From an uncultured Ardenticatenaceae bacterium (GTDB lineage Bacteria; Chloroflexota; Anaerolineae; Promineifilales; Promineifilaceae), in NCBI GenBank assembly GCA_964466135.1, contig CAYXNH010000001.1, forward strand, positions 1,269-50,068: a DNA stretch of 48,800 nucleotides, read 5' to 3'. The notes beneath the pieces are model-generated. The model did not search any database. It saw only the letters and a list, made by a program, of their open reading frames with translations, and was not told where the DNA came from. A program made the translations under genes and the position numbers. Shown here in pieces: positions 1 to 8,695 of this stretch. Position 1 is the stretch's first letter; every line of letters starts with the position of its first letter.

Positions 1-878
1 TCCAGGTCGTCCAGGTCGAGCCATTGCAGCATGATGCGCTGCACGCCGGCGGCGGCCCAGGCGTTGAGTTGTTCGACGATCTCCCCGCCGGCCCCCACCG
101 CCACACCGCTCTGTCGCAGCCTGGCCGCATCGCCCCCGCGCCGGGCCAGCTTGCGCGCCAACTCGGCCGCGTCGCGACCGAAGACGCAGCCGGCCATCAG
201 CGACCGCCGCACCGACGCCGGATCGCGCCCCGCCTCGATCAATAGCTCGTCGAGCCGGCGGTTCAACTCCGCGTAGCGCGCCGGGTTGACGTAGACCCCG
301 TTCCACTCGTCGGCGTAACGCGCCGTCAGAGGGAGCGTGCGTCGCGGCCCGTTGCCGCCGATGAGGATAGGCGGGCCGCCGGGGCGCGCCGGCCGCGGCA
401 GCAGGATCGCCTCGCGCAGCCGGTAGTACGCCCCCTGGAAGTCGACCGGCGTGTCGCTGTGCAGCAGCCGGGTGACGACCTCCAGCCCCTCTTCAAAACG
501 GGCGAAGCGCTCCGGCACGTCGAGCAGTTCCCAGCCATAGTGGGTGTGCTCCCGCTCCTGCCAGCCCGCCCCCAGCCCCAGCGTCAGCCGCCCGCCGGAC
601 AGGTCGTCTACCGCCGCGGCCGTGCGGGCTGTGATGGTTGGATGGCGGAACGAAACGGGCGACACCAGCGGCCCAAACTCGATCCGGCGCGTATGGCTGG
701 CGAGCCAGGTCAGCGATGCCCACAGTTCCAGCGACGCTTTGTCGGGCGGAGTGGCGTTGGTGTAATGGTCAGAGCGGTAAAGGCCAGCGAAGCCCAGGTC
801 TTCGGCGGCCGCGGCAAGGCGCTGCCAGCGCGGCCAGGTCAGGCCGTCCTGGCCTTCGATCATGAGGGCAATTTCCAT
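1..878 (-). CDS. LLM-class F420-dependent oxidoreductase (TIGR03560-like), 3' end truncated by window edge
   Basis: Not in the ORF track because it has no stop in the window. Manual translation from ATG at 878: MEIALMIEGQDGLTWPRWQRLAAAAEDLGFAGLYRSDHY...GPLVSPVSFRHP...VDDLSGGRLTLGLGAGWQEREH...PPILIGGNG..RTL.LTARYADEWN, typical luciferase-like F420 motifs; npdG and cofE are nearby. Confidence 0.9.
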   Translation of the reverse strand, partial: MEIALMIEGQDGLTWPRWQRLAAAAEDLGFAGLYRSDHYTNATPPDKASLELWASLTWLASHTRRIEFGPLVSPVSFRHPTITARTAAAVDDLSGGRLTLGLGAGWQEREHTHYGWELLDVPERFARFEEGLEVVTRLLHSDTPVDFQGAYYRLREAILLPRPARPGGPPILIGGNGPRRTLPLTARYADEWNGVYVNPARYAELNRRLDELLIEAGRDPASVRRSLMAGCVFGRDAAELARKLARRGGDAARLRQSGVAVGAGGEIVEQLNAWAAAGVQRIMLQWLDLDDL

Positions 879-883
879 GGTGA

Positions 884-966
884 CCAGTTGTTAGTGGTCA
901 GTGATCAGTATTCAGTAGGTCAGTATTCAGTGGGTCAGTCGTCTGTACTGATCCACTGAATACTGA
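884..966. repeat. TCAGT-core 7-8 nt tandem repeat with an inverted copy (20-bp hairpin 920-939/947-966)
   Basis: ttagtgg tcagtga tcagtat tcagtagg tcagtat tcagtggg tcagtcg, then actgatcc actgaat actga. Confidence 0.8.
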
Positions 967-969
967 AAC

Positions 970-998
970 AAAAAAGGGCGTCGCCACGCGCGACGCCC
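970..998 (-). terminator. Intrinsic terminator of trxA
   Basis: 9-bp stem GGGCGTCGC/GCGACGCCC; A-tract 970-975 is a U-tract on the minus strand, just after the trxA stop. Confidence 0.85.
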
Positions 999-1017
999 CT
1001 ATTCGACATGAATCCGC

Positions 1018-1356
1018 TTAGGCCGCGGCCTTCTCCAGGTGCGGCAGCACCTGGGCCAGGATACGCTCCTTAGGCTGCGCGCCGACGATGCGCTCCACGA
1101 CCTGGCCGCCCTTGAACAGCATCAGGGTCGGAATGCCGATGATGGCATAGCGGCCGGGCCCGGCCGGGTTGTCGTCCACATCCATCTTGGCGACCTTCAA
1201 CGAGCCCTCATGCTCCGACGCGATCTCCTTCACAAAGGGAGCGATAAAGCGGCAAGGCCCACACCAGTCGGCCCAAAAGTCGACCAGCACGGGAACGTCA
1301 GACTCCAGTACTTCCTGTTGGAAGGTGGCATCGGTAACTTCGAGTGGCTTAGCCAT
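1018..1356 (-). CDS. trxA: Thioredoxin
   Basis: VLVDFWADWCGPC active site, GIPTL cis-Pro motif, 112 aa, AGGA SD upstream. Confidence 0.97.
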   Translation of the reverse strand: MAKPLEVTDATFQQEVLESDVPVLVDFWADWCGPCRFIAPFVKEIASEHEGSLKVAKMDVDDNPAGPGRYAIIGIPTLMLFKGGQVVERIVGAQPKERILAQVLPHLEKAAA

Positions 1357-1594
1357 TATTTTCCTAATTCTCCTTCAGACTTTTCTGCTCATCAGATTCC
1401 AGAACAAGAATCCACAGATTTCCCAGAATACATCCACGATATATGTGTCAGGCGCAAATGCCTTACTTTCTAGAGCATGGCGCTTCTTTGGTAGACGCGC
1501 TTATAAGTTCAATCCTTACTTACCCGTATCAGAACAACGTAAGCGCCCGGGGATTATATAGAACTCTGTCAGGAAATGGAACACCGATACTGAA

Positions 1595-1665
1595 AGACCT
1601 GACAGGTGGGCGGCCACAAGTTTCACTGTTGTCAGCGTACCATTGGCCGCCCACCTGTCAGGTCT
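1595..1665. repeat. 22-bp perfect inverted repeat, GACCTGACAGGT family (REP/MITE-like), copy 1
   Basis: AGACCTGACAGGTGGGCGGCCA (1595-1616) ... TGGCCGCCCACCTGTCAGGTCT (1644-1665); related copy at 39536-39603. Confidence 0.85.
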
Positions 1666-1722
1666 GAGCAATCAAGCGTCCCATTCTTTTGCGCGCTGCC
1701 CGCCCGCGGCTAGAATTGCATC

Positions 1723-3075
1723 ATGACCGACCTCCTCATCCACAATGGCCGCCTGGTTACCTGGACTGACCCCAACGAGATACTGGAAGACAGCGCCCTG
1801 CTGCTGCGCGACGGCCGCATCCATGACATCGGCCCGTCGGCCCGGCTGCTGGGTCTCTACCCCGACGCCGAACGGCTGGACGCGCGCGGCCAGCTGGTCA
1901 TGCCCGGCAACATCTGCGCCCACACCCACTTCTACGGCGCGTTCGCCCGCGGCATGGCTATCCCCGGCCCCGCGCCCAAAGACTTCCCGGACATCCTGGA
2001 GCGGCTGTGGTGGCGGCTCGACCGGGCGCTGCTCGACGTGGACGTGGCGTATAGCGCGCTGGTCTCGCTGGTGGACGCCATCAAGCACGGCACGACGACG
2101 CTCATCGACCATCACGCCAGCCCCAATGCCATCGACAGCTCGCTCGACCAGATCGCTGACGCAGTGGAGACGGCTGGAGTGCGCGCGGTGCTTTGCTACG
2201 AAGTGACCGATCGCAATGGCGAGGACGGCGTGCATAAGGGTATCAGCGAGAACGTGCGCTTTCTGCATAGTGTGAAGGAGCGCAACAGCGATCGGCTGGC
2301 TGCGACCTTTGGCCTCCACGCCTCGCTGTCGCTGAGCGACGAGACGCTGCGGAAATGCGTGGCCGCGGCCGAAGGGCTGGACACCGGCTTTCACATCCAT
2401 GTAGCCGAGCACGAGGCGGATGAGTATGACTCGCGCGAGAAGTATGGCTTGCGGGTGGTCGACCGGCTGGCGGCCGCGGGTATTTTGGGGCCGAAAAGCA
2501 TCGTGGCTCATTGCGTCCACATCGACGGCCGCGAGATGGACCTGCTGCGCGAAACAGGCACGTGGGTCACCCACCAGCCGCGCAGCAACATGAATAACGC
2601 CGTCGGCGCGGCCCCTATTGAGAGCATGATGCGACTGGGCATTCCGGTTTGCCTGGGCAATGACGGCATGGGCAACGCCATGTGGGGTGAGTGGAAGGAG
2701 ACCTATTTTCTGCATAAATTGACCCATCGCGACCCGCGCCGGGCTAACGGCATGGACGTGGCTCAGATGGCCATCACCAACAACGCCGCGCTGGCTCGCG
2801 TCTTCTGGCCCGATCTGCCGCTGGGGCAATTGGCGGTGGGGGCGGCGGCTGATGTCATCTTCGTCGATTATCACGCCATCACACCGCTGAGCGCGGGCAA
2901 CCTGCCCTGGCATATTATCTTCGGCTTCGAGAGCAGCATGGTGACGACGACTATCGCAGGCGGCAAGGTCCTCATGCGCGACCGCCAACTGCTGACGCTG
3001 GACGAGGCGGCCATTACCGCCCGCAGCCGCGAGCTGGCGGCCAAGGTGTGGGAGCGGTACAACGCGCTGGACTAA
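1723..3075 (+). CDS. ssnA: Putative aminohydrolase SsnA (amidohydrolase superfamily)
   Basis: MPGNICAHTHFYGAFARG metal motif, GTTTLIDHHASP, GLHAS, HIHVAE, HQPRSNMNNAVG, LGNDG. Confidence 0.88.
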   Translation: MTDLLIHNGRLVTWTDPNEILEDSALLLRDGRIHDIGPSARLLGLYPDAERLDARGQLVMPGNICAHTHFYGAFARGMAIPGPAPKDFPDILERLWWRLDRALLDVDVAYSALVSLVDAIKHGTTTLIDHHASPNAIDSSLDQIADAVETAGVRAVLCYEVTDRNGEDGVHKGISENVRFLHSVKERNSDRLAATFGLHASLSLSDETLRKCVAAAEGLDTGFHIHVAEHEADEYDSREKYGLRVVDRLAAAGILGPKSIVAHCVHIDGREMDLLRETGTWVTHQPRSNMNNAVGAAPIESMMRLGIPVCLGNDGMGNAMWGEWKETYFLHKLTHRDPRRANGMDVAQMAITNNAALARVFWPDLPLGQLAVGAAADVIFVDYHAITPLSAGNLPWHIIFGFESSMVTTTIAGGKVLMRDRQLLTLDEAAITARSRELAAKVWERYNALD

Positions 3076-3171
3076 GGGATGATAAGGGATAAGGACCGTG
3101 GGGTGAAGATAACCCTCCTTATCCGCTGATCGATTCCGGCTATTTCCATTCCTGAAACAAGAGGTTACTTC

Positions 3172-3828
3172 ATGAAAATCGCGATATTGGGCGGAACCGG
3201 CAAGGAAGGTTCCGGATTGGGGTTCCGCTGGGCGGCCGCCGGGCATGAGATCATCATCGGCTCACGCCTGGCTGAGAAAGGGGAGCGCGCGGCCGAGGAG
3301 ATGCAGTCCGAGCTGCCCCACGCCGCGATCAGCGGCAGCGACAATGCCACGGCCGCGGCCGCTGCGGATCTGGTCGTATTGTCTGTACCCTATGAAGCGC
3401 AGGAAAATACGCTGGCCGATGTCCATGATGCGGTGCAGGGCAAGCTGCTCATCAGCGTCGTCGCCCCGTTAGGTCAGCCCAAAGCTCGCGTGTGGCGACT
3501 GCCGAGCGGACTGTCGGCGGCCGAGGAAGCCCAACAACAACTGGGCGAAGGCGTCACCGTAGTGGGTGCTTTCCAGAACATCTCCGCCACCCATTTGCGC
3601 GATCTGGACCATAGCCTCGACTGCGACGTGCTCATCTGCGGCGAAAAGGCGGCCGACAAGGATGTGGTGGCCGGATTGTGTCGCGACGCCGGATTACGCG
3701 GCATTAATGCCGGCGCGCTGGCCAATGCCGCCGTTGTTGAGGGGATGACGGCCGTGTTGCTGGGGATCAACATCCGCAACAAGATCAGCAGTGCGGGCAT
3801 CCGGATCACTGGCCTGCCGGAAGACTAG
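3172..3828 (+). CDS. npdG: NADPH-dependent F420 reductase (Fno)
   Basis: MKIAILGGTGKEGSGL...IIIGSR...SAAEE...AFQNISA..L, GMTAVLLGIN...AGIRITGL. Confidence 0.93.
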   Translation: MKIAILGGTGKEGSGLGFRWAAAGHEIIIGSRLAEKGERAAEEMQSELPHAAISGSDNATAAAAADLVVLSVPYEAQENTLADVHDAVQGKLLISVVAPLGQPKARVWRLPSGLSAAEEAQQQLGEGVTVVGAFQNISATHLRDLDHSLDCDVLICGEKAADKDVVAGLCRDAGLRGINAGALANAAVVEGMTAVLLGINIRNKISSAGIRITGLPED

Positions 3829-4643
3829 TGGCCGTCGCTCCCGACCATCGTCCCTTGACCTCCGATCGCTGCTCCCTCTTCGCTTTGCCCGGCATTCCCG
3901 ATGTCCAACCGGGAGACGATGCCGGACGTCTGCTGCTGGATGCGCTCGACCGGGCCGGATTGACCCTTCTGGACGGCGATGTGCTGGCCGTGGCCCAGAA
4001 AATCATCAGCAAGGCTGAGGGGCGACTGGTCGATCTGACGACAGTCATACCGAGCGAACGCGCCCTCGAATTGGCCGGGCAGACTGACAAAGACCCGCGC
4101 CTGGTGGAGCTTATCCTGCGTGAGAGCGAGGAGGTTTCGCGGGTGCGGCCGGGGGTTATTATCGTTCGCCACCGGCTGGGCTTCACCAGCGCCAACGCCG
4201 GCATCGATCGCTCCAATGTTGGCCCCGACGGGTCCGACGTCGGCCCCGACGGCGAAGAGCGAGTCTTGTTGCTGCCCGTCGATCCCGATCTTTCGGCTCA
4301 GCACATCCGTGACTTGATCATCGCCGAACGCGGCGCGACCGTGGGTGTGGTCATCACCGACAGCCACGGCCGCCCCTTTCGGCTGGGCACGGTCGGCGTG
4401 GCCATTGGCGTGGCCGGGCTGCCCGCGTTATGGGACCGACGCGGAGAGGTGGATCGCTACGGCTACCGCCTGCAACACACCGATGTGGGCGTGGCCGATG
4501 AGATCGCCGCCGCCGCCGGGCTGCTGATGGGACAGGCGGCCGAGGGACAACCGGCGGTGCTCATTCGCGGTCTAAGCCTGCCGCTCGCTGACGGCCGAGC
4601 AGTCGATTTAGTGCGGCCGAAAGAGATCGACCTCTATCGATAG
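3828..4643 (+). CDS. cofE: Coenzyme F420-0:L-glutamate ligase
   Basis: [58 protein letters not shown]; GTG start overlaps the npdG stop. Confidence 0.95.
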   Translation: MAVAPDHRPLTSDRCSLFALPGIPDVQPGDDAGRLLLDALDRAGLTLLDGDVLAVAQKIISKAEGRLVDLTTVIPSERALELAGQTDKDPRLVELILRESEEVSRVRPGVIIVRHRLGFTSANAGIDRSNVGPDGSDVGPDGEERVLLLPVDPDLSAQHIRDLIIAERGATVGVVITDSHGRPFRLGTVGVAIGVAGLPALWDRRGEVDRYGYRLQHTDVGVADEIAAAAGLLMGQAAEGQPAVLIRGLSLPLADGRAVDLVRPKEIDLYR

Positions 4644-4726
4644 GGGTGTGACGTCGGGGGATCTGGCAACTCGTATTCGACGGCCGCTTGGCGTAGTCTC
4701 CTGCACACACGCTATAATCATCCATC

Positions 4727-5464
4727 ATGAACGACCCGATGACCGATCGCTATTTAAGACCCGATGCCCTGTTTGATCTGTCCGATCCGGCCACAGCCGC
4801 TTTTTTCGACGGTTGTGAGTATGTGTGGGATGCGTTGCCGCGGATCAAGCGTCATGTGGCCCGAATGACCGAAGGCGGCCGCCGTATCGACGGTACGGTC
4901 ATGGACGGCGCCTGGCTGGGCGATGCCCCTATCGTCATCGAGGCGGGGGCGGTGGTGGAGCCGGGAGCCTATATCATCGGCCCGGCTTATATCGGCGCAG
5001 GAGCGGTGGTGCGGCATGGGGCTTACGTGCGCGAGAATGTGATCATGTTGGCCGGCAGCACGCTGGGCCATGCCAGCGAGGCCAAAAACGCCCTGTTTCT
5101 GCCCGGAGCGGCCGCGCCCCACTTTGCCTATGTGGGCGACTCCATCCTTGGGCATCACGTCAACCTTGGCGCGGGAACGAAGCTGAGCAATCTGGGTATT
5201 CTCAGCGCCAAGGACGAGGCAACGGGCAAGCGGCCGACCATCAGGTTGATGATCGAGGACCGTGAGTATGATACGGGACTGAGCAAGTTCGGCGCGATCC
5301 TGGGAGATGGCGCGCAGACCGGCTGCAATGCGGTGCTGAATCCGGGCTGCATTGTGGGTCCGCGTACGCTTGTTTACGCCAACATGAGCCTGAGGAAGGG
5401 CTACCACCCGGCCGACAGCATTCTTAAATTGCGACAAAACACGAGGGTGATGGGGAGGGAATAA
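4727..5464 (+). CDS. Stand-alone left-handed beta-helix acyltransferase (GlmU/G1P-thymidylyltransferase C-terminal-like)
   Basis: Hexapeptide repeats, VRHGAYVR, HFAYVGDSILG..VNLGAGT..SN, TGLSKFGAILGD...GCNAVLNPG; no nucleotidyltransferase domain. Confidence 0.8.
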   Translation: MNDPMTDRYLRPDALFDLSDPATAAFFDGCEYVWDALPRIKRHVARMTEGGRRIDGTVMDGAWLGDAPIVIEAGAVVEPGAYIIGPAYIGAGAVVRHGAYVRENVIMLAGSTLGHASEAKNALFLPGAAAPHFAYVGDSILGHHVNLGAGTKLSNLGILSAKDEATGKRPTIRLMIEDREYDTGLSKFGAILGDGAQTGCNAVLNPGCIVGPRTLVYANMSLRKGYHPADSILKLRQNTRVMGRE

Positions 5465-5501
5465 CCCTCCTGATAGGGCAGCCGCTTTGCCGGAAAGCAG
5501 C

Positions 5502-5867
5502 CTAATGATTGGAATTTGACGACAGGTTGGGCGCCGATTGCATCGCCGCCAGCCCGTCCTTGAGAGTTGTGTAGTCGTCGAAAAATTCCAGAAAGCCCGT
5601 CACGGACATAACATCCCGGATATTTTCGGTTAACCCGACGAGGGCGACGCGGCCGTCATTGGCGGCCATTTGCCGGTAAAGCATGAGCAGCGAGCGCAGC
5701 CCTGCGCTGGAGATATAGCCGACGCCACTCATGTCAAGCAAGACCTTATCCCCGGTTTTGGGCAGCGATAGGAGCTTTTCCTGTATTTGGGGCGCAGTGC
5801 GGCCGTCCAGTTCGCCGAACAGCGTCGCGATGGTCACATCCCCCGACTCTTTTAGTTCGATATTCAT
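5502..5867 (-). CDS. STAS-domain anti-sigma factor antagonist
   Basis: GELDGRTAP, LLDMSGVGYISSAGLR (phospho-Ser motif); start moved to ATG 5867. Confidence 0.9.
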   Translation of the reverse strand: MNIELKESGDVTIATLFGELDGRTAPQIQEKLLSLPKTGDKVLLDMSGVGYISSAGLRSLLMLYRQMAANDGRVALVGLTENIRDVMSVTGFLEFFDDYTTLKDGLAAMQSAPNLSSNSNH

Positions 5868-5954
5868 GAAAGATATGTTACCGAAGTTCGTGCATTTGCC
5901 TAGCAAACGGCCTGCTATTGGATGCCCATCGATCTCGATTGCTGTTGGCGGAAA

Positions 5955-6374
5955 TCACTGTTTGCCTTCGGTCTCTTCGCCGCCGGCCTCCCCTTTCTTC
6001 AGCCGTTCGGCCAGCTCTTCCAGGCGCTTGCTGAGCCAGCGCAGGCCGCCCTCGGCTCCCTTCTGCGCCTCTCCCTTCCAGTCGATCTGGCGCAGGCGAG
6101 CCTCCACCGCGTCGGCGGTGGCCTTCGACTGGGCCTGAATGGCTTCGCCGACCTTGTCGCGCACTGCTTCGGCGCTACGACTGGTGACATCGGCCGTCGC
6201 CCCGGCGATCTTGTGGGCCGCCCGCGAGGTCGAATCCTTGACGACATCGGCTACTTTGTGCCCCGCCTGACCGATTCCTTCGAGGGCTTTTCCGCCGCTC
6301 CGGTCTGGCGTCGCCGGCGGCTCGGATTCGCCCAGATCGTCCAGGGTTATCTTTAATGGTTCCTGACTGCTCAT
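5955..6374 (-). CDS. Hypothetical protein, Ala/Lys/Glu-rich amphipathic helical repeats
   Basis: Codon usage fits the genome, GAAGG SD; no recognisable catalytic motif. Confidence 0.7.
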   Translation of the reverse strand: MSSQEPLKITLDDLGESEPPATPDRSGGKALEGIGQAGHKVADVVKDSTSRAAHKIAGATADVTSRSAEAVRDKVGEAIQAQSKATADAVEARLRQIDWKGEAQKGAEGGLRWLSKRLEELAERLKKGEAGGEETEGKQ

Positions 6375-6637
6375 GATTCAACCTTCCCGATAGGGGTTCT
6401 ATGTGAATCTATACGGATCGAGCGATCAGCAGTTGCAAGCTAAAGAATCATGTTGAATTAGCAGTTTACATCGAATACGGAATCCATTATTATAACTGTG
6501 TTGGTTAGCCGTAATATTGGGTGTTTTTATTCTTGCTTAACGGCTCCATCAAAACGCTTCGGCCACATAAAATATCCTCGTTACGGCAGCACCGACAGTC
6601 ACATTATCGTCGTCAGCGTAGAAAAAGGAGAAGATCG

Positions 6638-8584
6638 ATGAAGCGGCCGTTGTCTCTATTGTTCCCCCTGCTGTTCTCTGTCGCATTGATGTTGACCGCC
6701 TGCGAATTTAGCGCCAGCACGGCCAACATCAAGAGTGCCACCCTGGCCCGGGACGAGGCCGGCAGCCAGCCGACAACGACATTTGAGGTGAATGAACCGT
6801 TCTATCTCATCGTCGATCTCGGCAACGCGCCTGATGCCACCAAGGTTAAAGCTGTCTGGTATGCCGTCGATGTGGGCAGCGCAGCCCCGGCCAATACCCG
6901 AATCGACGAAGCCGAGCTGGAAACCGGCAGCGGTGAAGTCACATTTGATCTGACCCCCAGCGGCCAATGGGCGCCGGGTACCTACAAGGTGGAGCTTTAT
7001 TTGAACGGCGAACTGAACCAGACCCTGGATATTAAGGTCAATGGGGAAGTGGCTCAGGTCGCGCCGGAACCGACGGCCGAACCAGCCGCGCCGGCCGCCA
7101 CCAAAGCCCCCGAGACCACCACAGGCGGCACGTCCGGATCGGCGACATCTCTGGAAGATGTTCGCGAGGCTACCATCCGCATTCAGGCCCAGGGCAGTTT
7201 TGTTGACCCGGAGTTCGGGCAAATGACCAACGTCGCAGGTCAGGGATCGGGCTTCATCATCGATCCGTCGGGCATTGCCGTGACCAATAACCACGTCGTC
7301 GCCGGGTCGGCCTTTTTGCAGGTCTATGTGGAAGGCGAAGACGAGCCGCGCAACGCCCGAATCCTGGGCGTGTCCGAGTGTTCAGATCTGGCCGTCATCG
7401 ATATCGAGGGTGACGGCTTCCCGGCGCTCCAGTGGCGCGAGGAATCCGCCCCCGTTGGGCTGGAGATCTACGTCGCCGGCTTTCCTCTCTTCGGCAATGA
7501 GGAGTTTACCGTAACACGCGGCATCGTCTCCAAGGCCCATGTGGTCGGCGAGACGAACTGGGCCTCGGTTGACAGCGTTTTGGAAGTTGATGCCACGATC
7601 AACCCCGGTAATTCCGGCGGGCCTCTGGTTGACGCAGACGGCCGTGTCGTGGGCGTCAACTATGCCGGCAACGACGAGACCAGCCAATTTTATTCCATCG
7701 CTCGCGCCGAGGCTGAGCCTGTCATCGAACAACTCCGCGCGGGTGAGAATGTAAATTCTCTGGGGATCAACGGACGGGCGGTGACCGACGGCGAGAGCAT
7801 TTTCGGCATTTGGGTGTCGTCGGTTGTGTCTGGCTCGCCGGCCGACAAGGCGGGCATCAAACCGGGTGATATTTTGACCAAAATGGAAGGCCTGGTGCTG
7901 GCCACCGACGGCACGATGGCTTCTTACTGCGATATCCTGCGCGGTCACAATATGACCGACACCATGTCCATTGAAGTGCTCCGCTTGTCCGACGCCACAA
8001 TCCTGGCCGGGCAGGTGAATGGCGATTCCCTGAAAGTAGTCCAGACGCTGGGTGGCGGGGAAGGATCGTCCGGTGGTGATACGACCGGCGGTAGCACAGG
8101 CGGCGGTAGCTACAGCGAGTATGTCTCTCTCCGCGACGATTCCGGTATGCTGCAAATGTCGGTTCCTGTCGAATGGAGCGACATCGACGGTGCGCCCTGG
8201 ACGTTCCAGGACGCTGAGGCCGGCCCGTCCTTGCTGGCATCGACCGATATCGACGGTTTTTTCAACAACTGGACGACTCCGGGCGCATTCCTGGCCGCAT
8301 CAACATCCTTGCGGGCTACCTATGATTACACTGCCTTCCTGGATCAGTTCAATCTGGAAAGCAATTGCACCTATGACGGCCGCTTTGACTATAGCGATGA
8401 TCTGTATACCGGTGCGTATGATTCCTTCTCCAATTGCGACGGCTCAGGCAATCGCTTCATCGTCCTTGTGGTGGAGCCGGATGCGCGCAACGTTTTGGTC
8501 ATTCTCCAGGTTCAGATGGCCAGCGAGGCTGACGAAGAAGCGCTCGAAACAATTTTGAACACCTTTATCTACTTCGGTCTTTGA
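6638..8584 (+). CDS. Lipoprotein trypsin-like (S1C/HtrA) serine protease with PDZ and extra N- and C-terminal domains
   Basis: SD AAGGAG before ATG 6638; lipobox LTAC; GSGFII, TNNHVV, DLAVI, INPGNSGGPL catalytic triad; PDZ GSPADKAGIKPGDIL. Confidence 0.9.
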   Translation: MKRPLSLLFPLLFSVALMLTACEFSASTANIKSATLARDEAGSQPTTTFEVNEPFYLIVDLGNAPDATKVKAVWYAVDVGSAAPANTRIDEAELETGSGEVTFDLTPSGQWAPGTYKVELYLNGELNQTLDIKVNGEVAQVAPEPTAEPAAPAATKAPETTTGGTSGSATSLEDVREATIRIQAQGSFVDPEFGQMTNVAGQGSGFIIDPSGIAVTNNHVVAGSAFLQVYVEGEDEPRNARILGVSECSDLAVIDIEGDGFPALQWREESAPVGLEIYVAGFPLFGNEEFTVTRGIVSKAHVVGETNWASVDSVLEVDATINPGNSGGPLVDADGRVVGVNYAGNDETSQFYSIARAEAEPVIEQLRAGENVNSLGINGRAVTDGESIFGIWVSSVVSGSPADKAGIKPGDILTKMEGLVLATDGTMASYCDILRGHNMTDTMSIEVLRLSDATILAGQVNGDSLKVVQTLGGGEGSSGGDTTGGSTGGGSYSEYVSLRDDSGMLQMSVPVEWSDIDGAPWTFQDAEAGPSLLASTDIDGFFNNWTTPGAFLAASTSLRATYDYTAFLDQFNLESNCTYDGRFDYSDDLYTGAYDSFSNCDGSGNRFIVLVVEPDARNVLVILQVQMASEADEEALETILNTFIYFGL

Positions 8585-8592
8585 TGAGAGTA

Positions 8593-8653
8593 GGGATTGG
8601 AGATACGAGCACGATGCGCCTGATCGGCGTTCGTGGTTCGTATCCCCAATCCC
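8593..8653. terminator. Long imperfect hairpin after the protease gene
   Basis: GGGATTGGAGATACGA ... TCGTATCCCCAATCCC. Confidence 0.55.
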
Positions 8654-8695
8654 GGTCTCGGCTTTTTCCCGGTTATCGCAGTAGAATCTTGCTGA

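Noticed and set aside
24-959. Several plus-strand ORFs in the track (24-245, 31-276, 459-959 and others)
   Set aside because: They are shadows of the minus-strand LLM oxidoreductase, which the track missed because its stop is outside the window
884-966. Possible CRISPR-like or iteron array
   Set aside because: Units are 7-8 nt with no unique spacers, and there are no cas or rep genes
1672-3246. Long antisense ORFs (1672-3246, 14777-16333, 17335-18678, 40090-41589 and similar)
   Set aside because: Each mirrors a well-supported gene; long stop-free antisense frames are expected in high-GC coding DNA and these have no motifs
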